In this document: positions 28,273 to 41,020 of the stretch, in pieces
Numbering within the stretch: position 1 is the stretch's first letter
Layout: the number at the start of each line of letters is the position of its first letter
From: Chrysomallon squamiferum
Lineage: Eukaryota; Animalia; Mollusca
DNA length: 64,000 nucleotides
Assembly (NCBI GenBank): GCA_012295275.1
Contig: CM022665.1
Coordinates: 16,554,001-16,618,000, forward strand
Direction of reading: 5' to 3'
The notes under the pieces: generated by a model
What the model was told of the DNA's origin: nothing
The model's input: only the letters and a program-made list of their open reading frames with translations
Databases searched by the model: none
Position numbers and translations under genes: made by a program

Positions 28273-28395
28273 ATGAAAAGTTTAAGTCTGACATCGGAAA
28301 ATGGAATTTCTCGAACAGGGCTGGTTTTGATTGCAGTAGCGTCCCTTGCCGGTATCTACATCTTGTATAGGTTGAAGGGAAAGCGTTCAAAATAA
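28273..28395 (+). CDS. Putative 40-aa single-pass membrane microprotein (MKSLSLTSENGISRTGLVLIAVASLAGIYILYRLKGKRSK)
   Basis: CAAAATG start context, a ~17-aa hydrophobic core and a basic C-terminus. A GTAAGT donor begins at 28399, 3 nt after the stop. A candidate terminal exon starts at 29413 (TACTAAC branch point + TTTTTCAG) with AATAAA at 29607-29612. No homology was recognised. Confidence 0.5.
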   Translation: MKSLSLTSENGISRTGLVLIAVASLAGIYILYRLKGKRSK

Positions 28396-28740
28396 TATGT
28401 AAGTTTAATAAGCACATATAGTTCATCATTAATACTATTACTTTTTCTTTATATTATTGTTTTTACTTCTTGAAATGATTTAAGCATTTCTAACATAAAA
28501 TTTATAAAGATAAAATATTACTATTTCATTTTGGAAGTTGAGAAATTACGATTACCTACGTGTGTATAGACACGTATTCGAACGTGATTAAAACGTGACT
28601 GAAAATCAGTAACCAAACACTAGCAAGTGACATTATTTATCAGTACCTGTACACCTTTAATATATTAAATTTAAACTGTATCTATATGTAGGGCTAAGTA
28701 AGGCAGATTTAATAACCAGATTAATATACGAAAGTGATAG

Positions 28741-28773
<33 letters not shown>

Positions 28774-30122
28774 AGCATTTGTAATAATAATATTAAAACC
28801 ATTCGTTTTTGTTTTTGTTGTTGTTTTTTTTTTTTCGTGGTCATGAATAAATAAATAAATAAATAAATAAAAAGAAATAGAGAAATCGTGCTAGTTGTTT
28901 TACTCGCCATTTAATATTTATAACAATGAAAAAATAAGAACAAAAGTAAGTGATTAAATAGTTCTGATTATTGTTAATCTCTTCCTCTGCAAAAATGTTA
29001 AGTAATGTATATAAAAATGTATATTAGACATAAATTTCAAATGTCCACATATACTCTAGCTGCTATAATTACGTTCAATAGTTACTGAAATGTGAACCCC
29101 AGATTTAGAATTATGATATTTTGTGCAAGCATCTGTACTTGAATAGTTATGAGTAAAAATGTTAAAAAAATAAAATAAAAATAAAACAGTGGTTTGGTGA
29201 GATAGTATAACGCGAACACATCACCACCCAGACATGCATGTTCGCACACACACACAAAGTGAGAGAGAGAGGGAAAAACGGAAATATTGTTATATACGGT
29301 TCTTTATTCCATCTTCATTTCGTTTCTATTTATTGTTCTACATCAGTGTTATCACTACTTTCACCCCTTCGTCCTCCTCATAATAATTAATGAATTTACT
29401 AACATTTTTCAGGCTGTCACAGAAGAGCTGTTGGGAAGTTTCACTGTTTCAGAGTATCTTTGAACTACGAACTTCAGTATCAGCAGACGATTATCGATGT
29501 ATTCGCAAGAGACACTCACAGCTTGGATTACGTACATGTTTATACTTGTACATACAGCTAACAAAAGACGTGTATCTATGTGCAGTTTCCCACTTTAAGA
29601 ACCAAGAATAAATGTATCTATTTCTATTTGACATTAGTCTTGTTTGTCCTGCACGGTATATCCTCATTTTAACGGACTAATAAGCAGAAGGGGAGGGGTT
29701 ACTCAGGTCAAAAGTCCGTTAAATGACCACAATGTTAATAATTTGAATAGTATTATATGAAATATATTTTTACTGAATATTATAATGAATCATGTTTAGT
29801 TCACCGAAGATAACTGTCGTGAACGATGGTAGTGGCCAGGAATACATTCAACAACTTCCAGGTCTAAAACTGTAACTAAGGGGGGAGAAAGTGCCGTTAG
29901 CTCACTGCTAGAAAGTTAGTAACCAAAAGCAATAACAACAAAACATACGATAAGATCTATATGCTAGTGTATATAAATATATATATAAAACAATAGTTGT
30001 AACAGATTCACACACTTAACGGACCCCTGTTTGCAGGAAAATCTGGAAAATGTACAAATATTCTGAAATCTACCGAATATGTTTTATGTTACAGTATTCT
30101 AAAAGAGAGAGTACAATATTCT

Positions 30123-30181
<59 letters not shown>

Positions 30182-30988
30182 TACAGTTACTGTTTGAAGT
30201 TATTAAACAATTCCAGTGGTTTCTTTTAATTCTGTTTTATTTTTTATATGAATAATTCTTGCAATATGTATTTGCGAGTCTTCAAACAGTTTATTTATGC
30301 ATTAATGAATACAAAATCTTACTAGAAAATAAAAACTGGGCCAGATATTTTTCTATATCGCTCTCCCTTTGTGACGTCGTTATATTTGTACAGGAAGATG
30401 CCAATGGGGAAGATATGGGGAAAGTGTGTTCGCATTAATTTTTTATTCAGATATTATATAGACAAAATAGAAGGATTTAACTTTGAGAATAAATCGAGTA
30501 CGAATTAAAAGTGAGAAAACAAATTAAATGAGCCAGCTGATTTTGAGGGTAGGTGGATGCATATGCCAAATAATAAAATAAAAATAAATCTGGCTTAACA
30601 AGGTAAAAAATAATTAAAACTACAATTTAAATAAAAATTATAAAAAATGAAAAATATGCAATAGAAAACATTTGAAAGTAGTGAAAAGTAACTGGGCATT
30701 TAAAAAGAAAAAAGAAAAAAGAATGATTTATTTATTTATTATTATTATTATTTTTAATTTTACTTATTTATTTATTTTTGATACTAAAAAAAGCAGTTAA
30801 TAATTATATTTCGTGACTATAACTTTGCTTTAAGGGTTTTACTCAGTTACGTCCCCTGAATTATTCTTTAATTTGAAAATGTAAATGTACCAATGAAAAG
30901 ATAACTCTGAAATTGCTTTACAAAAGACAGTGGTTTTACTGAAGCAAATTGTACGAGAAGACATTGTTTAACTAAAAATAATTTCAGA

Positions 30989-31450
30989 ATGTCACAGGAC
31001 TTACAGACATTAGTGGCTATGGGATTTCCAGAGAATAGAGCGTAAGAATATTAATTTCAGTATTAGATATTTGATGCATTAGTACCTCAACAAAGTTACA
31101 AAAACTAAGTCATCGACTGACGATTTTTATTTTTATTTTATTTTTATTTTTTTTTATTTATTTATTATTTTATTTATTTATTTATTATAGTTATTTTAAC
31201 CGTTTATCAAACGAAATTGTAATTAAAATATTAAATTAATTAATAAGTCTGCAGAGATGTCTGTGTAACTATCCAATTACATAGATATCACTGCAAGTAC
31301 TACCACAACCACTACAACTACAACCACCACCACCACCATCATCACAACAACAATAACAACTACTACCAGTACTGAGTACAACTATTAATAGGAATGTGAC
31401 ACAATTTTCAAAAGTACCATTTTCCAATAAAATTATATATCATCAGAAAG

Positions 31451-31501
<51 letters not shown>

Positions 31502-34500
31502 TAATAAATAAAAGAAGATTAAAATGATACCAATATGATATGAAAAAAAGTTTTGAATATTTTATCTTAATAAAATTTGCCAGTATTTTTCCTTCAGAAT
31601 TGATGGAGAAATTGTGATTCATTTCTTTCATTTGGCAATATAAACAGAGAATATCGCATATAGATTCAAACCAGTATACATGTATTTATATCAAAATCAA
31701 ACTTTAGATGTGTTCTAGAGTATACAGTATTTTTAAGCATATAGCTGTCATACCTAAATTTCAATTAATTAATTGCACTAATTAATTCAAACGTACCTTA
31801 ATCCTTCAATTATGTCATTCTCAAAAACTCCATAGAAATTACACCAGTAGTGCAGTACACAAAAAGATCATTTTTTAAGATTGGTGAATTGGAGAGGCCT
31901 TTACATTTTCAAGCATTTTACTAACATTCACTTTAAAAAAAAAAAAAATTGTATCAGTTAATTAGTGTTAATTTGCCTTATGACTTGATTGTGTTGATTA
32001 GATATCCAAAAAATTCATAATAATCTAAGTTGCTAAGAATTGTCTTCATAATGATAATCAGAAAGAAAATATTATCTAACACTGAAATATTATGTCACAT
32101 AATTAATAAATCAAACAAAATAAATGAAACATCGAACTTTTCAGACAGTGGCAGCTGTGGTAATCACTATGGACATGTCATTCACTGAGAATACCCCACA
32201 TTTTGGTGTCCAGAATTAACTACCTGCTATCTAAATATTTGTTGGAAATTGAGCAGAATCTGAGAGAAATGCATAATTTGTAACTTATATATGGTTTAAA
32301 GTCCTGAATGTGCTTAGCTTATGATCAAACGTGTCTGTTGATTTTCTGTTGTTTATCAAAGATAATGTGTCAAGAAATGAATTTGAGGATAGAGCTAAAA
32401 ATGTATACTGTTTCATGACATTTGTTATTTTTGTAAAATATATAAAAATAATGGTGAAACAGAAACACGAATGAGGAAACCCTCTCCAAGGAAAACAAAA
32501 ATGCATCACAAAAATTGGGCAGCCTTCTATTGTGGCACAAAGATGGTTTTTGTCACATACCTACTACTGCTAGTAGTACTATTATTTATTTATTTATTAA
32601 TAATAATATTATTATTATTTATTATTATTATTTATTATTATTATTTATTATTATTATTACAAACAGCATGAAAACTAATTGCTAACTTACTAATACAGTT
32701 ACATAAAATGTGTAACATGCAGATTATTCAGTTGTAAGAATAACTATTAAAATATTTCTTTCCAGACAAAAAGCTTTGGCTAAAACAGGATACAAAAGTG
32801 TCCAGTTAGCAATGGACTGGTGAGTTAAATAAGTAAAAATGTAATAATCAGGATGTACTTTAATGTGTTAATTACATAAATCATGTTTTACAAGTTTGAT
32901 CTTGTTGATAAAGTCATTGCTACAAGATTTTAAAATAAATAAATAAATAAATTAATAAATAATTCTGTTTTGTTAATAAAACAGTTACATATGAGTAATT
33001 ATATTTGTTCTATTTAATTTTTTTATATTAGACTTTAATAGGTACAATTTGCATAACTTATAATTAAATGATTTACTGTAAGTCATAATCTCTAAATGGT
33101 TTTGGCTCAGTAAATAACACGTACATATCTGAATGTTTATATGTATCATTGCCATCCCCCCCCAAAAACCAAAAAAAACCCCATAATTATGTCAGCCACA
33201 AAAAAATCATTAAAAAATATTTTTATGCTTCTAGAATTTTCTGAAAATTATTTTCATCTGTAGGATGTTTGCACATGAAGATGATCCTGACATTGATGAA
33301 GGAGGTGCACCTTCTGAAGGTCATGTTCTAGGCAAGCCAGAAGGTAAATATTACTACATTAATTTAAAGTCTAATTAGTGTTCAGTTCTTGTTTTACTGG
33401 TACATCAAAATGTTATCAATATTTTTCTGTAAATGTTATTTTATTATAGAAGGCTGACACTTTTTTTTGTTCCATGACCACAGTTATTACAAAATGAAAA
33501 AGAAGGTTGTATGTAGTTCTTTATGCAAAAATTAACAAAAGACTCCTTACTGATAATTAGAAAAATTCTGAATGCAGGTATCACAGCATACAGTATTTGT
33601 TCTTTAATATTATACATTATATTTTTGTATTTACCTCTAGTAACTGTTTATTATAATATTAATAATATGTGTTGGGATATCATTTACACTGCATTCTTTC
33701 TCTGTTTTAAAATGAAATATGAACACTTAATAAGGATATACATATATTATATTTGTGAATTATATATTAACTTTGACACTTCTTTATTATACTAGAAACT
33801 CCAGAAGAAAATTCTGAGACAGCCAGTGAGACAAAACTAGCATCAGGAGATGGACAAACTGTTGGTGAAGGGGAAGTAACTCCAAACCTCCAGGCCAAAT
33901 CTTTAAAATGTGATGAGTAGGTTGTAACTAATTATAATAGCTATAACTGGTTTTTCCTATTTGTATGTATATGTATATACACTTATATATATTTAAATAT
34001 GTATACACATACATATACATACAGTACAATAAGAAATTTAATTAATTTAAATGACCAGTTAAATCTTTGTTCCAGAAATATAAAAAAACACACCCAAAAA
34101 AGGAATATAGCCTACTGTTTTTTTATCTCATGAATCTGATTACTGTTATGTTTTATTATTATTAAATATTCATTTTTATTTCTGTTAATTTGTTATTATG
34201 TTCATCATGAGCACAGGAAAAACTTGTATTTGTAAGTCGTGTGTCTTCATAATTTGTTGGATCAGTCCTACTCAGTGAATTATTTCCTATTTCAACAAAC
34301 TGTTTTTTGAAGGTTATGTTTTCTTCTCAGTGTGAATGTCCACATAAATTATCTTTTCTTCTACTTAACACAGAATCCCTTCAAACTGAAACACTGGGAT
34401 TCTTCCCTTATATCATCATTGTACAATAATAATAATAATGATGATGATGATAGTGATAATAATAATAACAACAACAACAATAATAGCAAAAATAATAATT

Positions 34501-37500
34501 GTATTAATAATAATAATGATTAAAATAATAATCATAACAATAAAAATAATAATATTTAAATATACTTTTACAAATATAGATTCATTTATGGGTTGTAAAC
34601 AAAATTAGGCTGTAGACAAATCTTTCCAGAACTTAAATTATAAAGATTTTGTTTTCAGTATTATTTATTATTTTTGGTAGATGTGGTAAGCTGCTGAAGA
34701 CAGAGGATGATGTGCAGCTTCACGCAGCAAGAACTCAGCACACGAGTTTCTCTGAGTGCACAGAAGAAGTCAAACCACTAACAGAAGAGGAGAAAGCTGA
34801 GAAGAAAAGACTGTGAGGAAAATATTTGTATTGAACTGTTCCGAGTAAATAGGCAATGAAAATTAATGTGGGTTTTGATAGCAACAACATCTGTTTCACT
34901 AGACTGATAAATTACTGTTAGAGTTGCTTGCCTTTAATAACAGAACATATTTTCAGTGATTCATTTTTAATCGGCATTTTGTTATTATATTTAAAAAAAA
35001 AAAATGTTCTTAATATTTCTGTCAAAATTTGGACAGTAAACTTTAGAACTAAAATATATTGCCATATTCAAAATGGCTGTTTGGTTGGTTTTTTTTAGAC
35101 ACTGAGGTATAGCTTGTTTTACTGAGTTCTGTTCTGAGCTTTGTTAACTTTACATCAGTTTGAAATGGAAACATTTTATTTTATTTTTATTTTGAAGGTA
35201 TCTGCAGTCACTTTCTTGAAATCACCTGAGTAATCTGAATTTATATAGATAATAGAGATTATAAGCCTATTGTTTTGTTTTTTGGTGTTTGGCTTTGTTT
35301 TAGTTTAGAAGAGAAATTGAAACAAAGAAGGAAGGAAAAGGAAGAACAGGAAAGACTGGAGATGATAGAAAGAGAGAAAGAGAGACGAACATTTAATAAA
35401 GATCTTGGAAAAACCAAACAAAAGTAAGTGGCGTAGATCTGTTCACTGATTTTATTTAATGAATGAAAGAAAGAAAGTTTAAAAACACCTTAATGTACGT
35501 TGTACTAGTCATGCTGGATGTTATCAACACAATATGTATTTTACATATATATCTATAATATAGGCATGTATATCTTTTATATAGACACAGACATCTTGTT
35601 ATCAACACAATATTTATTTTACATATATATATATATAATATAGGCATGTATATCTTTTATATAGACAAGGACATCTTGTTATCACAGTTTTTCTTTTATG
35701 TAGACTCTGATATCATGTTTATTTTATATAGACACAAACATCTATTATAACAAAGTATTTCTTTTAAATGTTACAGACTTGAAGAACAAGAATTGAAAAA
35801 AATAGCCGAGCAGAAACGAAGAGAGAAACTGGAAGAAAAAATGGCCAGGTGACTTCATTAATGCAATGCCTCTAACTTTTTATGTCCTTGTTAAGCTGTT
35901 AGCATAACTACACTTTGAATATTATTAATATATGTGAACATATTCAGAGTCATTCAAAGAGCATCATGAATTGTGTTGTCTGAGATTAATGGGTCACCCA
36001 TAGGGGAATACAAAACATCAATGCTAGAACATCCTAGATTTTGGTAATTAAAACTATCCAAATTTGAACAGAACAGTTAACCATAATCCATTAATTTTGC
36101 ATTTTTCAGAAGGAAATAAATTTCTTTGTGGAACAAGATAATTTTTTTCAAATTAATGAATCTAAGTTTTTAAAAAAAATTAAAAACAAGGAAAGAAACT
36201 GATATTTAATTTCAAAGACTCTCATTGTGTATTTTATATTGTGTATAGGCAAAAAGTAAAAGAACAGATAGAACGAGATAAACTGGAAAGAGCTGTCAAG
36301 GTGAGAAAATACATTTTAATATTAACTTCTATTAGTTACGATTTTGTAATATGGAAAAGTGAACCTATTGACAGAGAATAATTTTGAGTTCAGATACTTT
36401 ATATTTGTATTAGAAATTTAACAGATTATATACTTTTCTTGTTTCAGTTATTATTATTATTTAAACTATCTTCTTCATCGGACATTCAGACAGGGAACCT
36501 GTTGTTATAAATAATGTTAAGATATTATTGTTCTTCATTATTTTGTTTTAATCCTACTATTATTATTGTTGCTATGTTTATTAACATTTGTCATCTTTCA
36601 GTTTGGTAAAGCCAGTTCCACACAACAAACCAGTACAACATCACCACCTGCACCAGCAGCTACACCAGCAGCATCAGCTGCTGAAACATCAAAAACCTAC
36701 GACCAGTGCAAACTTCAGGTAATTAGTGAATACATATTTATAAAGGTGGATGGCCACTGAACATTTATATTACATTAATTCCCAAAACACTTTTAGATTT
36801 TTATTATTCTAAATAGTAAAATGATTTTTTTTTTTAAATTGAATTTGTTTAAATTGCTTTATTTTTTGTCTTTAATTTTGTTTTTAATATGATATTTTTA
36901 AATTATTACATTTCGTTTGAAATTATAAAATGAATTCAGTTTTTATCTTTTTTAATTTTTAAAAATGTTATTGTTACTTTTTAATCCTATGGTTTTTAAT
37001 TTTCTATTTTTAAATTTTCCTTTTTTGCTTCTGTCAAACTGAGTAGTACCATGGCATACGTGGACTATGCATATTATACACAGAGTATAACCACAGTTAC
37101 AAATGATTATCTGAGATTTTTAAATAATTAATTTACTGTTGTAGATTCGTCTCACTAATGGCCAGGCTTTAACACAAACATTCCAACCAAAAGAGTCGCT
37201 GGCGGCTGTCCGACTTTACGTGGAGATGAAGAGGACAGATGACCACAGTCCATTCTCTCTGATGACATCATTTCCTAGAAAGGTTTTCACTGAAGAAGAT
37301 ATGGAAAAACCTTTAGAACAGTTAGGTAGGTCTTTCAGATTGAACCAGTAGATACAATCTTTTGATACTGGGACTATCTTAGCAAACTAGTTCTTACAAT
37401 AAGCCATACAAACTTTATGTAATTAGTGAATACATATTTTTAAAGGTGGATGGTCTTTCAATATTTAAGAAGAAAAAAAAAATTGATTTATATGACATTA

Positions 37501-38189
37501 ATTTCTAAATCATGTTTAGTTTTTATTATTCTAAAATGTAAAAATATATTTTTTTAAATATTTTTTGATGTTTTCTTTTTCTTTTATTTTATTGTTACTT
37601 TTTTTGTCTTCCATTTTGTTTATAATTTTGTGTTTTGAGTTTCTGAGCAAGCCACTTGTTACAGTACAGCTCAAACAAAACCTTTAATATGTGTATCATC
37701 TCAAACAAGATATTTGATACACATCTGTGTTTGGAGCTTTTTGTTCATTGCCAGAACAATTCAGTCAAATTTATGATATCAAAGTAAACCTTGTTTGTAA
37801 AATGATACTTGTATTTTGAAATTTTCTCAGCACCAATAAATGTGATCAATGATTTTGTTATTTACAATATATGTAACAGATTTACCATTTGTTGCCACAT
37901 TCTACTTCATCTCAATAACTTTACCATTTATTTGTTACTCCAAACGAAGGTTAATATATTTTTCCCAACTTTTCTTATCTTTCTTTTATTATTATTATTA
38001 GTGTTTTTGTTGTTGTTGTTGTTGTTGTTGTTATTATTATTGTTATTATTGTTGTTATTGTTGTGGTTAGTGTTATTATATAATTATTTTATTAATTTAT
38101 TTTTATGTCTGTGCAATATTTTGATGTATTCTTTTTCTTTTTCAGGTCTGTGTCCTTCAGCTGTGTTGATGGTAACAAAATTAAAGTAG
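30989..38189 (+). CDS. UBXN1: UBX domain-containing protein 1 (SAKS1): UBA - C2H2 finger - coiled coil - UBX
   Basis: Eleven GT-AG exons join in frame: 30989-31041, 32766-32819, 33264-33343, 33796-33916, 34681-34812, 35304-35423, 35777-35848, 36249-36300, 36602-36718, 37145-37325, 38146-38189. UBA: LQTLVAMGFPENRAQKAL...AMDWMFAHEDDPDID. A charged coiled coil follows. UBX: CKLQIRLTNGQALTQTF...LMTSFPRKVF...LGLCPSAVL. Confidence 0.93.
35519..35755. repeat. ~78-80 bp minisatellite, about 3 degenerate copies, in a UBXN1 intron
   Basis: TTATCAACACAATAT..TTTACATATATAT..TATAGGCATGTATATCTTTTATATAGACA recurs at about 35521 and 35599, and degenerately at about 35679. Confidence 0.8.
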
Positions 38190-40111
38190 CCCACATCAGA
38201 ATATTTCTATTTTAGTAATAATATAAAATGACAAAACAAAAATATTTTCCTGATTTAGTTTGCCACATGTACACTGACCAATTGCTGTTACCATGACAGC
38301 TGTACTGGCTGACCATCACTAATCTGGTTATTACTAAGGCCTTTTTTATGTCAGATCAGTGATCTGCCTGGATTAGTTCATTTGCTAATCTCTAATTAAA
38401 TATCTCCAATTCAAAGCAAACAAGTACATCATCAAAATCTGTGTCATCAACTTCTGAAACATCAAATCATCTGTGATCAACAAAAATTTCAGATGGTTAG
38501 TAAATATTTTTTAACAGTATGTCAGTTATACTAGTATTTGGGAATGTTTATATTAATATATTTGACTGTATAATAACAGTATGAACAGGAAATCCATTCT
38601 GTGGGCTAGTTTTATCGAGTGGTAGAAGATTGTCTTTAATGTGAACCTTCCCATAAACAGGTGTATTTTTATTGATTAGCAAAACATTATCTGCTGTGTG
38701 TGCTTACCTGATATTTGAGGTACACTGAATTGGCCCATGTAATAAACACATTGTTTTTCTTATTAACTTACTTAAGTTAATGCCATTTACTGTAATTATG
38801 TTTTCTCTAAGACTTATAATTTTGCCAGATTAGTGATGGTCATTCTGTTTTTATTAATTGCACAATTTTATATTGTCATTTTTAACTGAAAAGCTGTACA
38901 TAACAAAATCTGCAGTAGTTTATAAACACATCAAAAGTTAACTGTCATATGTTCTAGTGTTTAAAAAAAAAAAAAAAGTTAAACATATTTTCAATTTGGT
39001 AAATAAAATCATAATCAAATTTTTTGATTTTTTTTATATAATAATTTTTAGTTTTGTTACAATGTTTTTTGTTTATTTTTTGTTGTTGTTTTTGCATACT
39101 GGTAAATGTTTGCTGTTTTATTATTCTTAGTAGATATTGGAAAATGTATTATATATTTTAGAAACGGCAAAACATTAATTTTTTATGTACTATGAATCCA
39201 TAAAAATGTTATACATTTGGGTTGAAAGTACAATTTGACAATTAATTATATGTTTTTCCATTTTGTTTTGGTCAATGAAAATGTATTTGTGTTTGAATGA
39301 TTAATTTTTAAAGAATGTTTATCAATAAACATGTTTTCATACAGTATCACTTATACGTTTTCATTATTTATTTCAGTCAGTCTTGTTGTTTTTCTTTTCG
39401 TTCTTCTTTCTTTATTATTATTTTTCATTTTTATTATTTATGTAACATTTTTTTATTAAATTCTATTTTCCGTTTATGTCAGTAAAAGTTAATGTTAATG
39501 TAATCTATGATGTGTATGTTAAAAAAATTGAAGTTAAAAGGGTGTGTTATAAAACTTTGTGGTCCGTTTGAACTTGTACATAAACTTTGTGTAGCCAATC
39601 ATTTTACTTCATAAGATGTTTGTAATGTTTATGTTTATCAGTGACTGTCATTATTACAACAGACAACACAACATTTTGTGTTATTTCATTTACGTTCATT
39701 TTAGAAACACAAAGGAAAAGACAGAGACAACAAATATGTATTTAATATCTGTTCTATATGTATTTTTTAACAAATACCTTCACAGTGAATGTTTACCTGA
39801 AAAAGAAAACAAAAAACTCCCAAAAAGATGGAAGAAAAAGACGACTATGTAATGATTAAACGTGTATAATTTTATATCAAAATAAACGTGCTATGAAATA
39901 AATTATAAACAATAGTATAGATGCTAGGCAGTGTTTATGTATTAAACTTAAATGTAACCAATATTATTGCAGTCGAATCAGCTCAATAATTTCAGGTTTT
40001 CAACATTCATTTACACTGGATAAATATGAAATGAAATTGATGGTTATTCTTTACCCTTTTAACCATTATGCAGTTAACTAATTTCATTTTATTTTATTTT
40101 AATGTAGTGAT

Positions 40112-41020
40112 TTAATGTCCTTTGTTATATTTCAAAATGTCCCATTTTAATCCATCATGTGGTAGTTTAACCGGCACCGGTATTAGTAACAGAATCCAGC
40201 AGTACTTCAGCGGACCAAAAGTAGACCGAACATTTTCTAAGACCGTTGACTGGTACACTGATATACGTTTCCAGGCTTCGTAAGATGTTTGACCGTTTAT
40301 AATTATAGCTGCCTGCCAGAAAAGGAAAAATATCGCTGATAATAAACAAAAAATACATAAATATACATGAGCTAAAATTACAAACAGTCCAAAAGACATG
40401 GCACCTGTAATCACTTTCCAAAATGCTACGAAGATGACATAATCGAACAAATGTCCGGAAAACATTGGCATCGCTTCGTTAAGATACGACATTTGGAGAT
40501 ACAGCGCGAAAGTATTTCCCCATATAAGATACAAACAGAAGACAAAAAATGTTCGTTGATTGTGTAGTCCGATACAAGATCCCGTGAAAAAACAATGGTG
40601 GTCTCTTTTTAGAATACATTTTCCACACAAATTGCAGTGGTGGGATCTCGGGGGCGCGTCCACTTGACATATAGGGCATGTTTTCCACCCTGTGGGTGCT
40701 TCACTGTTGTTAGGAAAGTGCACTGCTTTCGATGATTTAGTCACATGATTTTTGACGTCGTAGTAGGTATAGTACCAGTTTCCGACAGTTTCAAAAAGCG
40801 TAAACAACACGAGAAGTTGACAGATTCGCTTCCTAACTACGTCGTCGTTGTATAGAGCAGGAATCAAAATCAATAACGATTCGATAAAAAGAGTTGCGGT
40901 CATGAAAGCAAAGAAACACATTCCTACTTGACTCGCAATCGATGGTTTTACCGTAAAATCTCGCTTCTGATAATGATCAGCTAGCTTCTCCTTCAGTGTA
41001 GCTGTTTTTCTTCGCTCCAT
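40112..41020 (-). CDS. ZDHHC24: DHHC palmitoyltransferase, ZDHHC24/22-like, intronless, 302 aa from the first ATG
   Basis: DHHC cysteine-rich domain CPICQVDAPPRSHHCNLCGKCILKRDHHCFFTGSCIGLHNQRTF, several TM segments and a GQTSYE (TTxE-like) motif. The ORF track starts at a GTG (41062); the first ATG is at 41020. The family call is certain; the subfamily is tentative. Confidence 0.88.
   Translation of the reverse strand: MERRKTATLKEKLADHYQKRDFTVKPSIASQVGMCFFAFMTATLFIESLLILIPALYNDDVVRKRICQLLVLFTLFETVGNWYYTYYDVKNHVTKSSKAVHFPNNSEAPTGWKTCPICQVDAPPRSHHCNLCGKCILKRDHHCFFTGSCIGLHNQRTFFVFCLYLIWGNTFALYLQMSYLNEAMPMFSGHLFDYVIFVAFWKVITGAMSFGLFVILAHVYLCIFCLLSAIFFLFWQAAIIINGQTSYEAWKRISVYQSTVLENVRSTFGPLKYCWILLLIPVPVKLPHDGLKWDILKYNKGH

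Noticed and set aside
30989-41020. UBXN1 next to a ZDHHC24-like gene (both human genes lie on 11q12-13) as possible conserved microsynteny
   Set aside because: The human genes are not adjacent and the ZDHHC orthology is uncertain, so this cannot be supported without phylogeny.
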